A stretch of DNA of 64,000 bases from a virus. The position numbers and the translations under genes were made by a program. Where the stretch lies: IMG/VR virus record IMGVR_UViG_3300033120_000852, positions 32,685 to 96,684 of that record, one strand, 5' to 3'. Below are positions 26,802-36,463 of the stretch, piece by piece. The notes beneath the pieces were generated by a model. That model made no database searches, was not told where the DNA came from, and was given only the letters and a program-made list of their open reading frames with translations. The stretch's first letter is position 1; every line of letters starts with the position of its first letter.

Positions 26802-28133
26802 ATGGCTAATAAAAAAGAGTTCATAGCTCACTATTTGACTTACGGTAAAACAGATTCATGGGAGAATCTGGCCAAACAGTTTAGTTTCAATTCAGGAGAA
26901 GCTTTAAGATCTTTTGTAAAAAGAAATAGACATTCATTTGCTCTTGAAAGAAGCGAAGGAAACATTATTCCTGATATAAAAAATACAACAAAAGTATTAG
27001 ATTGTTTTTCAACAAAATATAAAGTATGTTATGATCGCAAACTAACTGAAGAAAGTACTAATAGAGAAACAGGAGAACAAATACTAACTTATGAATCAGA
27101 TAAACCTTTATCTCCCGATGAAATAGATGAGTTGGCACAAGTTGATAATATCACTCGCGTAGTTACGAGGACTTGGCTTAAATCAACTAAGAACAATACT
27201 TGGACATATTCTATATGTACTAAATTAATTGATAAAACTCCTGTGGAGAAATGTATTGATTATAAGAAAGAATTTGAAGAGTTTTTAAGTCAAAAAGTAA
27301 AAGGAGAAAATATACCTAAATTTCAAGTATCAAATAAAATAAAAGACACTAAGAATGCATTGGTATTATCTCTTTCTGATTTACATTTTGATAAACTTGC
27401 TTATGCTGAAGAAAGTGGAGAAGATGGTAATATGGATACTCAAAGAGAACGAGCTTTATCTGCATCTATAGATCTAATAGATCGTGCTGTAGCAGCCCAT
27501 AAGATAGAAGTTATTTATATAATTGGAGGAAATGATATGCTACACGCAAATTCAGCTGCAAATACAACTCAAAAAGGAACACCCCTAGATGTTGATAATA
27601 GATGGAATACCTCTTTTAAAAGGGCTTTATCATTACTTACAGATATTATTGAATATGCTAAACAATATTCATTTGTAGAATATATAACTGTTTTAGGTAA
27701 TCATTCCCCTGAACGAGAATTTTATTTATCAATTGCTTTAGAAGCTTTCTACAGAAATGATGAAAATGTTATTGTTGAAACAGTAAATAATGTTAGAAAA
27801 TATTTCCGTTATGGAAATAGTACGTTTATGCTATCTCACGAATTCGGGAATAAGGAAAAAGACCTTCCTGTTATTTTCGCAATAGAAAATTCAAAAGATT
27901 TTGCCGAATGTAAATATAAATTTATACTTTCTGGACACATACATTCGAAAAAAGAAACAATGTTTGTTGGAACTCACGAACAATACGGAATACTTCATAA
28001 GGTTATGCCTTCTCTTTCTACAACAGATAAATGGCATCATGAAAATATGTACATTGGAAATCAAAAATCATGCATAGCATTAGTTATTAATGCCAAATAT
28101 GGAGAAATTGCTGAACTAGTTTATAATGTATAG
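26802..28133 (+). CDS. Calcineurin-like metallophosphoesterase with an N-terminal extension
   Basis: Motifs SDLH, GNDMLH, GNH, SHE and GHIH in the canonical order. Confidence 0.88.
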   Translation: MANKKEFIAHYLTYGKTDSWENLAKQFSFNSGEALRSFVKRNRHSFALERSEGNIIPDIKNTTKVLDCFSTKYKVCYDRKLTEESTNRETGEQILTYESDKPLSPDEIDELAQVDNITRVVTRTWLKSTKNNTWTYSICTKLIDKTPVEKCIDYKKEFEEFLSQKVKGENIPKFQVSNKIKDTKNALVLSLSDLHFDKLAYAEESGEDGNMDTQRERALSASIDLIDRAVAAHKIEVIYIIGGNDMLHANSAANTTQKGTPLDVDNRWNTSFKRALSLLTDIIEYAKQYSFVEYITVLGNHSPEREFYLSIALEAFYRNDENVIVETVNNVRKYFRYGNSTFMLSHEFGNKEKDLPVIFAIENSKDFAECKYKFILSGHIHSKKETMFVGTHEQYGILHKVMPSLSTTDKWHHENMYIGNQKSCIALVINAKYGEIAELVYNV

Positions 28134-28593
28134 AATAGCAGTAGATCCTTATAATAATTGGGAGTATGAAGATAGTTTTTCAGGAATATATTATTATTTA
28201 AATGATAATAAAACAGGAGAAATAAAATATTTTAAATTAAAAGATAACCAAAAAATGAAAATAGAAATAAATAAATTTACAAAAACAATTACTTTACTAG
28301 AAGCAATAACAATTAATGATTTATTTGCTCTTGGAGATATAATTCCTAATCTTAGAACATGGAATATTAAAGGAGAAATAGGAGAAGTTAAAACTAAACT
28401 TGACGAAGTTAAAAAACAAGATCCTTTTGATAAGGAAGGATGGCACAAAAATGGTTATATTAAAAAAATAGATCCAAATAAATATCCTCTTATAGGAGAC
28501 ATGTTACCTAAAAGAGATCCTCTTCTTCAAAGAGAATTAGAAAAATATCTTAATACAATTTTTGATCCAGAAACAGCTAAAACAGAAATGTAA
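28126..28593 (+). CDS. Hypothetical protein
   Basis: ORF track; overlaps the phosphoesterase stop. Confidence 0.65.
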   Translation: MYRIAVDPYNNWEYEDSFSGIYYYLNDNKTGEIKYFKLKDNQKMKIEINKFTKTITLLEAITINDLFALGDIIPNLRTWNIKGEIGEVKTKLDEVKKQDPFDKEGWHKNGYIKKIDPNKYPLIGDMLPKRDPLLQRELEKYLNTIFDPETAKTEM

Positions 28594-28736
28594 TGAAAAT
28601 AGAATTAATTCCTTCTAAAGATCACAGTAAAGTAATTATAGAAGATAAAGGTAAATTAATTGTTGCTAGACTTACAAAAGAACAATTAGAAAAAGTAAGA
28701 AAAGTAATTGAAGATATTATTTCAGATAATAATTAA
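28593..28736 (+). CDS. Small hypothetical protein (47 aa)
   Basis: Translated by hand (MKIELIPSKDHSKVIIEDKGK...ISDNN*). TAATG-coupled and followed by a terminator. Confidence 0.65.
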   Translation: MKIELIPSKDHSKVIIEDKGKLIVARLTKEQLEKVRKVIEDIISDNN

Positions 28737-28740
28737 CATG

Positions 28741-28764
28741 AATCCCCTTAATTGGGGATTTTTT
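28741..28764 (+). terminator. Intrinsic terminator
   Basis: AATCCCC-TTAATT-GGGGATT-TTTT. Confidence 0.85.
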
Positions 28765-28813
28765 GTTTATAACCTATTTCAATTACGTATTTTAATAAAT
28801 AATTATATTTGAT

Positions 28814-28821
28814 TATCTTTG
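28814..28821 (+). promoter_or_regulatory. -7 promoter element
   Basis: TATCTTTG(CA) upstream of the ATG at 28849. Confidence 0.6.
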
Positions 28822-28848
28822 CAAGATTATAATCAATTTTAGTTAAAA

Positions 28849-29511
28849 ATGGATTCAACCATACGAAAATGGGTTAGTGAGCTAGCAAACGATGTAAATG
28901 CAATAACTCCTGATGCCAGAATTAGTAAAAGATATTTATTTGAAAAGATAAAAGCTTCTGCTGATTATTATATAAAACAAATAGCTTTTATAAAGCTTAT
29001 AAGAAATAATCTTAATTATAGTACTGTACCATGTTTTGAAATGGAAACAGTACCTGCAATTGAGTGTTGTTCATTTGATATACCTAATTCAAAAACTGTA
29101 CAAAGATCTGTAAATAAAGTAGCAGAAACATATGGTTCCATTATAAGAGTATTTACATTAGATAATGATACTTATAAAATAGTTAGTGCAGATAGTTTTA
29201 AAAATATTTTAGATGATGAATATTATAATCCTAACGATAGATATGCATGGATAGAAAATAAGCATCTTATAATTCCTAATTCTGATGTAGAAACAGTTAA
29301 ACTTTCTGGTTATTTCATTAATAAGAAAAAAGCAATGGAATCAGGTTGTGGTTCAACAGATGAATACAATTGTTATTCTGCATTAGATGAACCATTTGAT
29401 TTACCTTCAGAAATTAAAAATATAGTTATGAAAGATGCTTTACAAAGTATTTTAACTAAATTACAAATACCTAAAGATGAAACACCAAATTCTAATTTAA
29501 ATCAAAAATAA
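28849..29511 (+). CDS. Tail ring / tubular protein (putative)
   Basis: First gene of the tail operon; synteny with the crAss-like tail module. Confidence 0.55.
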   Translation: MDSTIRKWVSELANDVNAITPDARISKRYLFEKIKASADYYIKQIAFIKLIRNNLNYSTVPCFEMETVPAIECCSFDIPNSKTVQRSVNKVAETYGSIIRVFTLDNDTYKIVSADSFKNILDDEYYNPNDRYAWIENKHLIIPNSDVETVKLSGYFINKKKAMESGCGSTDEYNCYSALDEPFDLPSEIKNIVMKDALQSILTKLQIPKDETPNSNLNQK

Positions 29512-30023
29512 TGCCTTCAGGAAAAATTAAAATAGGACATAGAGATCATATTGTAGATAGAAAATTTCATAAACAATTTCTTTTAGATAATCCAGAAGTA
29601 AATATTACTTGGGAAGATTTTATAGAAATTATTAGAACTAGTAACGAAGAAATGGTTAATATAGCTAGTACTGAACAAAATGGATTTAAACTACCAGAAG
29701 GACACGGTTATTTAGTTGTAGTATCTTATAAGTCTTCTAACAAATCTATTGATATAGCTAATTCTCATAAATATGGAAAAATCATATATCATAATAATTT
29801 ACATACTTTAGGTAAAAGAGTTTGTATTAGATGGTTTAATAATAATAGTTTTTATTATTATCCTAAAATATATAAATTTGCTAGTTGTAGAACATTTGCA
29901 AGACAAGTTGCTAAAAAAGCAAAAGAAGGAATGGTGTTTCTTAATTGGTCCAATAGAGATTTTTTAAAATTCGACAGAATTATTAAATTACAAAATAGTA
30001 AAACAAGAGTAAAATGGGAGTAA
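29511..30023 (+). CDS. IHF/HU-like protein of the tail module (putative)
   Basis: Basic protein with GFKLPEGHGYL, IYHNNLHT and YKFASCRTFARQVAK segments, between two ring genes as in crAss-like phages. Confidence 0.6.
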   Translation: MPSGKIKIGHRDHIVDRKFHKQFLLDNPEVNITWEDFIEIIRTSNEEMVNIASTEQNGFKLPEGHGYLVVVSYKSSNKSIDIANSHKYGKIIYHNNLHTLGKRVCIRWFNNNSFYYYPKIYKFASCRTFARQVAKKAKEGMVFLNWSNRDFLKFDRIIKLQNSKTRVKWE

Positions 30024-30871
30024 TAACATCCTCAAATCAAATGCAGTTTAAATCTTGTAAATCTATATTTGCTCAAATAAGAGATGAATTAGATTCATAT
30101 GATGCACAAAATCTTATTGATAATAGAACTCTTTATAGATATGTAAAAAAAGTAATATCTATGATAGGTATAGGTTATTATATGGAAAAACAAGCTATTA
30201 TTCCTGTATCAAGATATAAAGCTAAACTACCAGAAGATTTTTATTTATTGTATTCTGCTTATAAAACTAAATCAGATATTACTTCAGTAAAGTCTAAACC
30301 TTTACCTCAACAAGGTACCGTAATGTATCTTGAAAATACATGTGAAACTATTGAACATTGTAAATGTGATATAGAAAAAACAATAGATAAAATTACAGTA
30401 AGAACATATATTGATGAAGGTATATTAACATATAACTTTCAAGCTCCTCATTTACTTAGATTAGGAACTACAAGTAAATATTGTTCTAATGAATCACCTA
30501 ATTTATATCATACAAGTTCTGATGAAATAAGTATTGATGAAGGTTATATTAATACTAATTTTGAATCAGGTAATATATATATTAAATATTATGGATTTCC
30601 ATTTGATGAACAAGGTTATCCTATGATACCTGAAGATGAAGAAATGAAAACTGCTATTGAAGATTATATTAAATATAAGCTTTTTGAAAAATGGTGGAAT
30701 AATAGTGAAGTTCCTGATATTGAAAGAAGAATGTATAAAGCAGAAGCTAACTTTAAAGAATCAATGGGTGATCTTATTACAAAAGTTAAAACACCATCTT
30801 TTCAAACAATGGTGGATTATAAAAGATCTACAAGTAGTAGATTTGATATTTATCAATTTTATAGAATATAA
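30014..30871 (+). CDS. Tail tubular / ring protein
   Basis: AKLPEDF, YINTNFESG and DEQGYPMIP segments; precedes the muzzle gene. Confidence 0.7.
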   Translation: MGVITSSNQMQFKSCKSIFAQIRDELDSYDAQNLIDNRTLYRYVKKVISMIGIGYYMEKQAIIPVSRYKAKLPEDFYLLYSAYKTKSDITSVKSKPLPQQGTVMYLENTCETIEHCKCDIEKTIDKITVRTYIDEGILTYNFQAPHLLRLGTTSKYCSNESPNLYHTSSDEISIDEGYINTNFESGNIYIKYYGFPFDEQGYPMIPEDEEMKTAIEDYIKYKLFEKWWNNSEVPDIERRMYKAEANFKESMGDLITKVKTPSFQTMVDYKRSTSSRFDIYQFYRI

Positions 30872-33800
30872 TGGATAGTACTAAAGTATCCGTACCATTA
30901 AAAGGTTTACAGACAGATGTTGCTCCTCATAATTTATCTGAGGATCAATATACTTATGCACTTAATGCAAGTTACGAAAATTTTAATGGTGATGGATTTC
31001 CTACAATACAAAATGATTCTAGTAATTTATTAACTGTATCTTTTTCAGAAGGTTATAAAGTTATTGGTCAAATATATATTGTAGAACAAGATAGAGCAAT
31101 ATATTTTTTAGTAAATTCTAAAATAGGTAATTCGCAAATTATAGAAATATTAAATATTAATTCTTATTTTGAGGATAAAACAGATTCTATTTATATTGAT
31201 TTAAACACATGTATTGATTGTGATCAAGAAATATCAGTTCCATTAAACACTATGGCTTATGCTACTAAATATCATATTATCATAGAATCATCGTGTTTAA
31301 ATTTTAATGAAAATTATCCTATTGATATAGAATATAAAATTACTGATTGTACTTTACAGTTATATTTTGTTGATAATTATAATGTTGATAGATATTTATA
31401 TTTTGATTATGTAAATGAAAATTCAAATAATGTATTAAAAGTTCAACAAAAATTTTTTGAAATTGTAGGATATGAAGACAATGCTTGTAAACAACCTATT
31501 TATTCAGATATTCTTGATTGTGATAAATTAAGAATACAACCTAATATTAAAAGACCTCAATTAAAACTTTCAGAAGTTATTAATGGAGGTAATCTTGTTG
31601 CGGGTGTATATCAATTTCTTGTAGCTTATGCTTCTTCAACTGGTGAAGTATTATCTAGTTATTATGGACTAACAAATATAATTCCTATTAAAACTAGGGA
31701 TGTTACTTTTGAAACAGATTATCAAACAGATAGAGCAATTACTTTAACAATTAATGAATTAAGTTTAGATACAATATATCGTTATTATAATTTAGTTGTT
31801 ATAGAAACAATAGATAATTTTTCAACTTATAAATTAGTAGGAACATTTCCAATTACTCAAAATAATTATACTTATACAGGTAATCCTGAAGCTACAAAAC
31901 TTACAGAAAACGATATTATACAAAAATATCCTTATTATAAAAATTCTAAAAGTATAACTAAATCTAATAATTATTTATTTAGAGCTAATCTAGAAGAATA
32001 TACTAAACCTAATCTTCAGAGAATAGCTGAACATATTCATCCTTATTGGCAGACAATTCAAATACCAGAAGGAGAATATAATAATCCTGTAGCCACAAAT
32101 AAATTTAGATCTTATATGAGAGATGAAATTTATTCATTGGCTTTAGTACCTGAATATGATAATGGTGAAGATGGTGCAGCAATTATACTTGTTGGTAGGA
32201 AAGCAAATTCTTATGACTTAGAAACAATAGGTAATAAAGATGTAATTGAAAAACAAAAATGTGATAATATAATAAGAAACAAAAGATGGGAAATTTATAA
32301 TACCGCAACTATTATAGAAACTCCACACAATGCTTATAATGGTTGTGATTATTTACCTTGGGAATGGGGTGAATTTTCTTATTGGGAATCAACAGAACTT
32401 TATCCGAATAATCCTTTAATATGGGGGGATCTATGTGGTAAACCTATTAGACATTTTAAATTTCCAGATAGTACTATTACACACATTCATGATGGGTTAA
32501 ATGGTATAAATGGATATGGTGAAAATAATATGATTTATCCTATAGGTATTAGAATAGATCATAATTCTGTTATAAGAGCTTTACAAATTGCAGTAGATGA
32601 AAAGATTATATCACAAGAGGAAAGAAATAGAATTGTATCATATAGAGTAGTTAGAGCTAATAGAGTAGGTAATAAATCTGTTATAGCTAAAGGATTACTT
32701 TATGATGTATGGTCATATAAGAAAAAAAATCAAGTATATCATTATCCTAATTATCCTTATAATGATTTAAGTCCTGATGTATTTTTAGCATCTAATGATT
32801 TTTATAAAAAGATTAGTGTTCCTAAAGATCAAGTATTTAAAAATGAAGGTAGATACACATTTCATTCACCAGACACACATTTTACAGAACCTTCTCTTGG
32901 AAATGAACTTAAATTAGAAACAGAAGAATATGGTTTCTCTAGAGGATTCTTTAATGAATGTGAAGGACAAGCTAAATTTAAATTACTTAGTAAAGATATA
33001 CATCAATTAGCATTAACATTTGCGTTATTATTAGCAGACTCTAATGTTAAAACTTCTTCTAGTTCAGATGGTACTGTATGGAATGCTGCTAAAACAGGTT
33101 TACAATTAGGTACTTCTATTGGAACAGCAATAAATCCAGGTATAGGTACTGTTATTGGAGCAGCTGCAGGTTTAATTATCGGAGGTGTAGTTGGACTTAT
33201 TATTAAGGATAAAGCTGCTCCATTAAAAAGTCTTGTTGAAAGTTTAACTAAGTTATCATTAGCTTTAGTTAACTATGAAAATTTAATAAGTTTATTTAAA
33301 TCATTTGTTCCTTTTCATAATTACACAATACAATATAATTCAATAGGTAAATATAATAATTATCTTCCTGTATTTAATGAAGGAAATAAAATAAGAAATA
33401 TATCACAATGGAACTATTTAAAACCAGAAGTTAATTCTATTTCAGATGGTACTAAGTCTATATTATTTAATAATTTTCAAAGAGAAAGTTCAGTTTATTT
33501 AAAAACAAGTGAAACTTTATTACCTACGAGCAAGAAAGATTTAAGTCGTGTTAAAATGGAATCTATTGGTTGTTCTTTAAATACAGATATAGATTCACCC
33601 ATTGCTTCTTATTATGCTTCTATAAAGAATAATAGAATTAATCAATATGGTAATATCTATAATATGCAATTTCTTGAAACTAATGGAAATTCTTATTACT
33701 TAAATCAACCTCAAACAGTATCTGTTTTTGGTGGAGATATATTTATAAATAGAATGGCTCTTAAAAGAAAGCATCCTTTCTTTATTGCTACTCCATATTT

Positions 33801-35727
33801 ATTACCTAATGATACAGATTGGTATTTTTCAGATTATGCAAATGTAGCTTATCCTAAATATTATTTTAATACATTAGGAAACAATGATCTTTATATTGGT
33901 AACTTTTTACAGTTATACGATATGAGAGCTGCTTATTTTGCAAAGAAAACATTTAACTTAGATGCTGCAGGATTTATTGGAGAATCTAGAATTCCAAATA
34001 TTAATTTAGAATGTTTACAAGATGGTAGATTTAATTTAAAAGATCTAACCAAAATTACTTCTAGAGGATACGTTTATCTTTATAGTTATGGTATTCCTTA
34101 TTTTTTATGTGAATCTGATTTTAATGTAGATTATAGACACGCAGAAGATAACAAAATAAATGATTTTTATCCAAGACAACAAGATTTAACTTATTGGCTT
34201 CAGGAGAAAAATGTACCTATAAGAGAAGATAATACTTATCATTATAATAATACTTATTCAAAACAAGAAAAAGAATCATTTATATTTACTAATGATGCTT
34301 CATTTGAACCTAGTAGAGTATGTAAAGTAACATATCCTAATAGGGTTATATATTCTCAACAATCAGATAACATTGATAATTCATCTTTAAAAGATGATTG
34401 GTTAACTTTTAAAGCTAATAATAAATATGATTTTTCTTTAACTGATGGTAAACTTATATCTGTAGAAGGAATAGAAAATGATAAAGTATTAACAAGATTT
34501 GAAAATACAATAAAAGTATTTAATGCATATAATACTTTACAAACAAATGCAGATACTATTCAAATAGATACTGGAGGAATATTTCAAAGTAAACCACAAG
34601 AATATTCTAATACAACATTAGGTTATGGTGGTACTCAACACAGAGCTATACTTCATACTGAATATGGACATATAACTGTTGATGCAAAAAGAGGTCAAGT
34701 AATAAGTATTTCTGAAAAAGGATTGGATGAAATATCTAAAAATGGAATGAAGAATTGGTTTAAAGAAAATCTTCCATTTAAAATTGCTAAAAGTTTTCCT
34801 GAATTATCAGAAGAACTTGACAATGCATACAAAGGTATAGGTATTGTAATGTCATTTGATAAAAGATTTAATAGATTCTTTTTAACAAAATTAGATTATA
34901 AACCTAAGAGCAAAGAAATTAAATATGATTCAATAAATAAATATTTTTATATTGGATCTAGTTATGAAGAAATATCATTATCAGATAATCAATATTTTGA
35001 CAATGCTTCATGGACATTATCTTATAATTTTCATACTCAAAGTTGGGTTTCTTTTCATTCATTTATTCCAAATTATTATTTAGATACTATTAATTTCTTT
35101 TTAAGTGGTATTAATAATAATAGTAATCGTTATGGTGAATCTAGTTTATGGGCACATAATTTAACTAATAAATCTTTTCAAAATTATTATGGTAAATTAA
35201 ATCCATTTATTGTTGAACTTGTTAGAAAATTTAGTATTGAAAAAAATGTATTGACAAGTGTTAATTATAGTGCTGATGTTATACAATATCATAATAAATA
35301 TGATAAATTTTATAACAAAGACATTATACCTTTTAATAGAGGAATAATTTATAATAATAATCAAACAACAGGTCTTATTGAATTTGAAAAGAAAAATTAC
35401 AATGATTTATCTTTATTTTTAAATTATCCAATAATACAACATAATAAATCAACTATTGAAATAGTTAATAAAGAAGGAGAATGGAAATTTAATAATTTTT
35501 ATGATTTTGCAAAAAATCAAACAAATAATATTCCTCTATTTTTAAGTAACGTTTCTAATAGTTATTCTAGAATTAATTATAATGCATTAGATTATTCTAA
35601 AATAGATTTAAATAAAAATAGATTACGTGGTGATTGGTTTAGATTTAAATTTATAAATGATAAAGAAACTAATTATAAAATTATTCTAAAATACTTAATT
35701 AATAAATCAAAAATATCTTTTAGTTAA
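30871..35727 (+). CDS. Tail stabilisation / muzzle protein (P22 gp10-like)
   Basis: 1618 aa, beta-rich. KGLQTD start, RSYMRDEIY, TFHSPD, YGGTQH and WVSFHSFIP segments typical of crAss-like muzzle proteins. Confidence 0.8.
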   Translation: MDSTKVSVPLKGLQTDVAPHNLSEDQYTYALNASYENFNGDGFPTIQNDSSNLLTVSFSEGYKVIGQIYIVEQDRAIYFLVNSKIGNSQIIEILNINSYFEDKTDSIYIDLNTCIDCDQEISVPLNTMAYATKYHIIIESSCLNFNENYPIDIEYKITDCTLQLYFVDNYNVDRYLYFDYVNENSNNVLKVQQKFFEIVGYEDNACKQPIYSDILDCDKLRIQPNIKRPQLKLSEVINGGNLVAGVYQFLVAYASSTGEVLSSYYGLTNIIPIKTRDVTFETDYQTDRAITLTINELSLDTIYRYYNLVVIETIDNFSTYKLVGTFPITQNNYTYTGNPEATKLTENDIIQKYPYYKNSKSITKSNNYLFRANLEEYTKPNLQRIAEHIHPYWQTIQIPEGEYNNPVATNKFRSYMRDEIYSLALVPEYDNGEDGAAIILVGRKANSYDLETIGNKDVIEKQKCDNIIRNKRWEIYNTATIIETPHNAYNGCDYLPWEWGEFSYWESTELYPNNPLIWGDLCGKPIRHFKFPDSTITHIHDGLNGINGYGENNMIYPIGIRIDHNSVIRALQIAVDEKIISQEERNRIVSYRVVRANRVGNKSVIAKGLLYDVWSYKKKNQVYHYPNYPYNDLSPDVFLASNDFYKKISVPKDQVFKNEGRYTFHSPDTHFTEPSLGNELKLETEEYGFSRGFFNECEGQAKFKLLSKDIHQLALTFALLLADSNVKTSSSSDGTVWNAAKTGLQLGTSIGTAINPGIGTVIGAAAGLIIGGVVGLIIKDKAAPLKSLVESLTKLSLALVNYENLISLFKSFVPFHNYTIQYNSIGKYNNYLPVFNEGNKIRNISQWNYLKPEVNSISDGTKSILFNNFQRESSVYLKTSETLLPTSKKDLSRVKMESIGCSLNTDIDSPIASYYASIKNNRINQYGNIYNMQFLETNGNSYYLNQPQTVSVFGGDIFINRMALKRKHPFFIATPYLLPNDTDWYFSDYANVAYPKYYFNTLGNNDLYIGNFLQLYDMRAAYFAKKTFNLDAAGFIGESRIPNINLECLQDGRFNLKDLTKITSRGYVYLYSYGIPYFLCESDFNVDYRHAEDNKINDFYPRQQDLTYWLQEKNVPIREDNTYHYNNTYSKQEKESFIFTNDASFEPSRVCKVTYPNRVIYSQQSDNIDNSSLKDDWLTFKANNKYDFSLTDGKLISVEGIENDKVLTRFENTIKVFNAYNTLQTNADTIQIDTGGIFQSKPQEYSNTTLGYGGTQHRAILHTEYGHITVDAKRGQVISISEKGLDEISKNGMKNWFKENLPFKIAKSFPELSEELDNAYKGIGIVMSFDKRFNRFFLTKLDYKPKSKEIKYDSINKYFYIGSSYEEISLSDNQYFDNASWTLSYNFHTQSWVSFHSFIPNYYLDTINFFLSGINNNSNRYGESSLWAHNLTNKSFQNYYGKLNPFIVELVRKFSIEKNVLTSVNYSADVIQYHNKYDKFYNKDIIPFNRGIIYNNNQTTGLIEFEKKNYNDLSLFLNYPIIQHNKSTIEIVNKEGEWKFNNFYDFAKNQTNNIPLFLSNVSNSYSRINYNALDYSKIDLNKNRLRGDWFRFKFINDKETNYKIILKYLINKSKISFS

Positions 35728-35728
35728 T

Positions 35729-36463
35729 ATGGCTTACGAAACTACATTTGGAGGTCTATTACAAGACCAAGAAGAATTAATGAATAATTATCTTCAAATG
35801 AATCAAGAACTTGAACAACAAGAAGTATATGATGTTGATGAAGTTGAGATTGATGATGAAAGTGAACAACCAGATGATTATGAATTTTTAAAAAGTTATT
35901 ATGATGAAAATCAAGCTAAGTCTTCTTTTGATGAAGATGAGGATAATATTGATTTTCTGAACTTTATTTTTGAAGGTGATAATAAGTATCAGTCATTTGC
36001 TAACAGTTCAACACAGAACGTTTCTGGTGGCTTTAATAACTATCCTAGCAATATTTCTTCTCGTAGTTTAAAAGATACTATTTCAGGATTAGAATCTGGT
36101 GGCAATTATAAAGCCGAATCTAAAAATTCTAGTGCTAAAGGAAAATATCAATTCATATGGTCAATACACAATAAAGATATTGCTAAAGTAACAGGAGTTA
36201 AAACAAAAGATGAATTTTTAAATAATCCTGATGCTCAAGAAAAATATTTTGATTATTGGGATCAAACAACTTTAACTCCTTCAGCTAACGCAAATTTAAA
36301 TAAATTTAAACAATACTATCCTAACGCAACAGTAGATGATGTTAAAAAAGCAACACATTTTGCAGGTAGAGGTAATTTAGAAAAAGCATTAAAAACAGGT
36401 AACTTTACCCAAGGTATAGATGCCAACAATACATCAATACAAAAATATGTCTTCAAAAATTAA
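35729..36463 (+). CDS. Virion cargo protein with a lytic transglycosylase/lysozyme-like domain
   Basis: Acidic N-terminus, then ISGLESGGNY...SSAKGKYQF. Confidence 0.75.
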   Translation: MAYETTFGGLLQDQEELMNNYLQMNQELEQQEVYDVDEVEIDDESEQPDDYEFLKSYYDENQAKSSFDEDEDNIDFLNFIFEGDNKYQSFANSSTQNVSGGFNNYPSNISSRSLKDTISGLESGGNYKAESKNSSAKGKYQFIWSIHNKDIAKVTGVKTKDEFLNNPDAQEKYFDYWDQTTLTPSANANLNKFKQYYPNATVDDVKKATHFAGRGNLEKALKTGNFTQGIDANNTSIQKYVFKN

